A stretch of DNA of 64,000 bases, from assembly GCA_963796105.1 (NCBI GenBank), contig CAWCKJ010000004.1, positions 288,001 through 352,000 of the forward strand, in the 5' to 3' direction. Position numbers and translations under genes: made by a program. This DNA is from a candidate division FCPU426 bacterium (lineage in GTDB: Bacteria; Oederibacteriota; Muellerivitia; Muellerivitales; Muellerivitaceae). Below the pieces are notes generated by a model. The model worked only from the letters and a program-made list of their open reading frames with translations, ran no database searches and was not told where the DNA came from. Within the stretch, counting starts at the first letter, position 1. The number at the start of each line of letters is the position of its first letter. Of the stretch, positions 61,148-64,000 are shown piece after piece.

Positions 61148-62071
61148 TCAATAAAAGGAAACGTTGTCCACCCAAAAATCCGTATAGTCGTTTCCACATC
61201 CACCGTTATCGCCAAATTTCCACATTAAAAATAAGGCTTCAGTCTCGAAGGTTCCACTGCCCGGGCAGGGAAGTGGAGGACCGGTGGTATAGGTGATATT
61301 ACCGTTACAAGGAGTCGTTAATGAACTAATGCTCAGGGCACCCCATCCAGCGGTTTGCAACTGTGAAAATAGGAAGGTCACTGGTTGCCACCCCGCGCCA
61401 ACAAGCGAACTGGGCAAAGCTGTTCCATTGCCCCAAAAGTAGTCGTAACAATTACCGCCACCTCCGCCAAAAGGAGGGGGGCAGATACCACCGGGATCGT
61501 TGGTGGGAGGAGTCTGCTGGGCGACCCCGATTGCAAACATCCTTTGGTAATTGGGGTCTTGAGTGGAAGTGCCGAGAATGACTCCATCATCAGGTAGAAC
61601 GTTGATGTTGAAACTGACCCCTTGAAAGGGCGTCAGGTCGTATTTGTAATGTTTCACTGGATTGTTGCTCAAGAAAGCGTAAAGAAAGAAGGCGGGATAA
61701 GTAGATGAACCTGCGCCTGTCGCACAATAGTCGTATTGCGCCCCAGAAAGATGAACCGCGTATGCACTCCCGTCCCCAGGGTTCGTTTCCAAGATTTTGG
61801 GCGTTAAACTGCCGTTGATCATATTGGTGAGTCCAGGCGCTCCCCCGTAAGTGATCTGCTGGAAATAACCGTTATCAAAACCCTTCAGCGAAGGGTTCAT
61901 AACCAAAGAACCGTTTGTAAAATTGCTGATCACGTTATTGGGCTGGGGTGTGGCTACCGCTGCGGCCAAGGGAGGAATTTTATAATTACACCCCTGTGAA
62001 AGCCACAATATCCCCGCGGTAAAAACCGCGAAGAACAAAACCAACAAGGTTCTAAACCAAATACCTTTCAT
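61148..62071 (-). CDS. Lipoprotein with a CBM11/CIA30-like carbohydrate-binding domain
   Basis: Lipobox SQGC; YDLTPFQGVSF, WQPVTF.F..L and FWVDNVSFY motifs. Confidence 0.7.
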   Translation of the reverse strand: MKGIWFRTLLVLFFAVFTAGILWLSQGCNYKIPPLAAAVATPQPNNVISNFTNGSLVMNPSLKGFDNGYFQQITYGGAPGLTNMINGSLTPKILETNPGDGSAYAVHLSGAQYDYCATGAGSSTYPAFFLYAFLSNNPVKHYKYDLTPFQGVSFNINVLPDDGVILGTSTQDPNYQRMFAIGVAQQTPPTNDPGGICPPPFGGGGGNCYDYFWGNGTALPSSLVGAGWQPVTFLFSQLQTAGWGALSISSLTTPCNGNITYTTGPPLPCPGSGTFETEALFLMWKFGDNGGCGNDYTDFWVDNVSFY

Positions 62072-62110
62072 GCCTACCTCCCGGAGCCAAGCCTTATGAC
62101 GGGCTTTCCG

Positions 62111-63025
62111 TTACTTGAAGAACTCGATATCATCCACCCAAAAATCAAAATAGGATATTCCGGGTTGATTATTCCGGCCCTCATCCCATTCCAGGAAAAA
62201 TATCTGCTGAAGATTGACCCCGCTCAAAGTGGGCGGGTTCGTGATGACGCCAGGCTGCAATTGGTGAAGATCCGTGAATTTATAGCTGAATTGTTTCCAC
62301 TGTCCGCCAGTACCACTGCTGAAATCCGCCGCGAACGAATCGTCACAAAGCCTCGGCCCGCCCATGCACCCACCTCCCCCAACCGGGCTTGTGGTCTGGT
62401 AAACCGGGACGCTGAAAAAACGGTAAAGAGTGGTGTCGTCGCTTCCCACCTTTAAGTGGTATTTGACCCCATTAAAAAAGCTGGCGTCATAAAACCCACC
62501 GCCTTCCATCTGGGCTTGTAGCTTCACCGAGTCGAAAGAGGAATAATCGCCCGGGTCCAGGAGAGCTCCTGTGACGTGGAAGGCATAATCGCTGGACGAA
62601 CCGCTCGGTCCTGGAGTGTCCAACCAAGGTGCCATGGGGATCGTCAGAATGGATGATCCGCCGAGGGTAACGGTGGTATTTTGCACAGTCGGCGGGTTTG
62701 AGGAGATAGCAATATAAGCCGACCAATCGTTTACCGCTGTAACAGAGCCGCCGGCCGTTTTCAACTTGTAGGTGGGAGGATTACTTGCCTCAAAAAGATC
62801 CGGGTTGACGGTAACCGCATCGGAATTGAAATTTGCCACCGTGCTCCAATCTAAAACTGATTGAGGTGTCGGATATGTTCCGTAAGATGGTACGCTGTTT
62901 TTACAACCCAAAAACCCAGCGATTAATGGAATCAAAACAAATGCCAACCCGACTGCCATCCGGCAGGATAGAACTTTCCGAAGTGGGTTTCGGATTTCCC
63001 CCGTCAGCTTAAAATTGGATTTCAT
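62111..63025 (-). CDS. Paralogous lipoprotein with a CBM11/CIA30-like domain
   Basis: Lipobox FLGC; YDASFFNGVKY, WKQFSYKF..L and FDFWVDDIEFF motifs. Confidence 0.7.
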   Translation of the reverse strand: MKSNFKLTGEIRNPLRKVLSCRMAVGLAFVLIPLIAGFLGCKNSVPSYGTYPTPQSVLDWSTVANFNSDAVTVNPDLFEASNPPTYKLKTAGGSVTAVNDWSAYIAISSNPPTVQNTTVTLGGSSILTIPMAPWLDTPGPSGSSSDYAFHVTGALLDPGDYSSFDSVKLQAQMEGGGFYDASFFNGVKYHLKVGSDDTTLYRFFSVPVYQTTSPVGGGGCMGGPRLCDDSFAADFSSGTGGQWKQFSYKFTDLHQLQPGVITNPPTLSGVNLQQIFFLEWDEGRNNQPGISYFDFWVDDIEFFK

Positions 63026-63998
63026 AAGTCAACTCCAAAAACTCGTTATGCAAGGTTCCCGTGTTAGGGGTTCCAACGTAGGGTACAACGTTACCGCTGG
63101 TAAAACCATAATCCGCGAAAAACCTCGTATTCCGGCTTGTCCGGATCTCGCTAGAAAGCTGGACGCTCTGGTTGGACCCATTGACACTGAATGGTTGGTA
63201 ATTTCCCAAATCGGAATTGTCGAAGAGAAAAGGATAACGGGCCAAAAAGGTTTGGTGGGAAACCCCCGAGGAATCAGTGTAAGCATAACCAGCTTCTGTT
63301 CCATTGACCGCTTGATTCCCGTAGGAGGCGGAAACATCCCACCCATTCAAAATCCCTATTTTCACCCCACCCAAAATCCAAGTATTGGTTAAGGTTCCGA
63401 TCGAACTAGTTGTTTTTTCGTATCGAACGTTGGTCCCCAGAACTAAATCCCGATCAAATCCGATGACGGGACCTAAGTTTAAAGAAGGCCCGAAATTAAC
63501 GTAAGTAAAATTCCGGACCGGAACGGGGTCAAACGCTGCGGCGTCTACCGGCACATAACCCGTACCCGCGCTGTCAACAACAAGGTTACCACTGATTTCC
63601 TGGACAAAATAGACCGAGCCCAAAATATTCAAAGCGTCTTTTTCCAGGGCCTTCAAGTCCATTTCCATTCCGCCTCCCTGCCTGTTGGGAGTGGACAATC
63701 CATAGGGAAAGGTATTGTCCTGTGTCCGATCGTAAAAACTGTAGATTTCATCTGGCCGGGGCACATCGTTGAGGAAAAACCGGCTTCGCAAGGCGGGTGT
63801 AAAGAGCTCCGGGGTCGGCAAGAAACCGGATGCTATAGGCGCAGCTGCCGAGGGAACTGAAATGTTATCCTGCCGAGTTTGTGCCATAGGTGAGTAAAAA
63901 TAAGGGCCGACATTCAGGTAGTTGAACGATACTTTTGAGCGCCCCATCCGTAAATAGGGCCCGCCCAATACAGCGTAATCTTGCGTATTCTTTGATGA
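63009..63998 (-). CDS. Probable outer-membrane beta-barrel protein, 5'-partial
   Basis: Frame open to the window edge; amphipathic strands; C-terminal LTYEIQF beta-signal. Confidence 0.6.
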   Translation of the reverse strand, partial: SSKNTQDYAVLGGPYLRMGRSKVSFNYLNVGPYFYSPMAQTRQDNISVPSAAAPIASGFLPTPELFTPALRSRFFLNDVPRPDEIYSFYDRTQDNTFPYGLSTPNRQGGGMEMDLKALEKDALNILGSVYFVQEISGNLVVDSAGTGYVPVDAAAFDPVPVRNFTYVNFGPSLNLGPVIGFDRDLVLGTNVRYEKTTSSIGTLTNTWILGGVKIGILNGWDVSASYGNQAVNGTEAGYAYTDSSGVSHQTFLARYPFLFDNSDLGNYQPFSVNGSNQSVQLSSEIRTSRNTRFFADYGFTSGNVVPYVGTPNTGTLHNEFLELTYEIQF

Positions 63999-64000
63999 AT

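Overview
Bacterial chromosomal window from a diderm organism (LPS heptosyltransferase, beta-barrel proteins, lipoproteins) with Firmicutes-like gene order and PolC. About 14.4-64 kb is mostly minus-strand housekeeping genes: lepA-lepB-hemW-hrcA-grpE-dnaK and dxr-rseP-sucCD...ispG-proS...polC-rimP-nusA-infB-rbfA-nrnA-truB-ribF-rpsO-pnp...ispE, interspersed with glycan and envelope genes. The left 14.4 kb is accessory. It holds an intact IS1380-family element with IRs and a 5-bp TSD inside an acyltransferase gene, a GTPase-domain-only FtsZ paralog, tRNA-linked tandem repeats, and a 9.4-kb integrative element in tRNA-Gln(TTG). That element has 23-bp att repeats, an integrase whose ORF runs through att, Xis, a helicase-like ATPase, an iteron-like origin, a second recombinase and envelope cargo. 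The best unannotated candidate system is at 21.5-23.6 kb: a Zn-ribbon/TPR sigma54 activator followed by two TGT-N11-ACA enhancer-like sites, a -24/-12 promoter and a ~95-nt terminated sRNA with an anti-Shine-Dalgarno seed. Several single-base indels (polC, a GT4 gene, DUF503, the island recombinase) may be sequencing errors. All calls were made by eye from motifs; no database searches were run.
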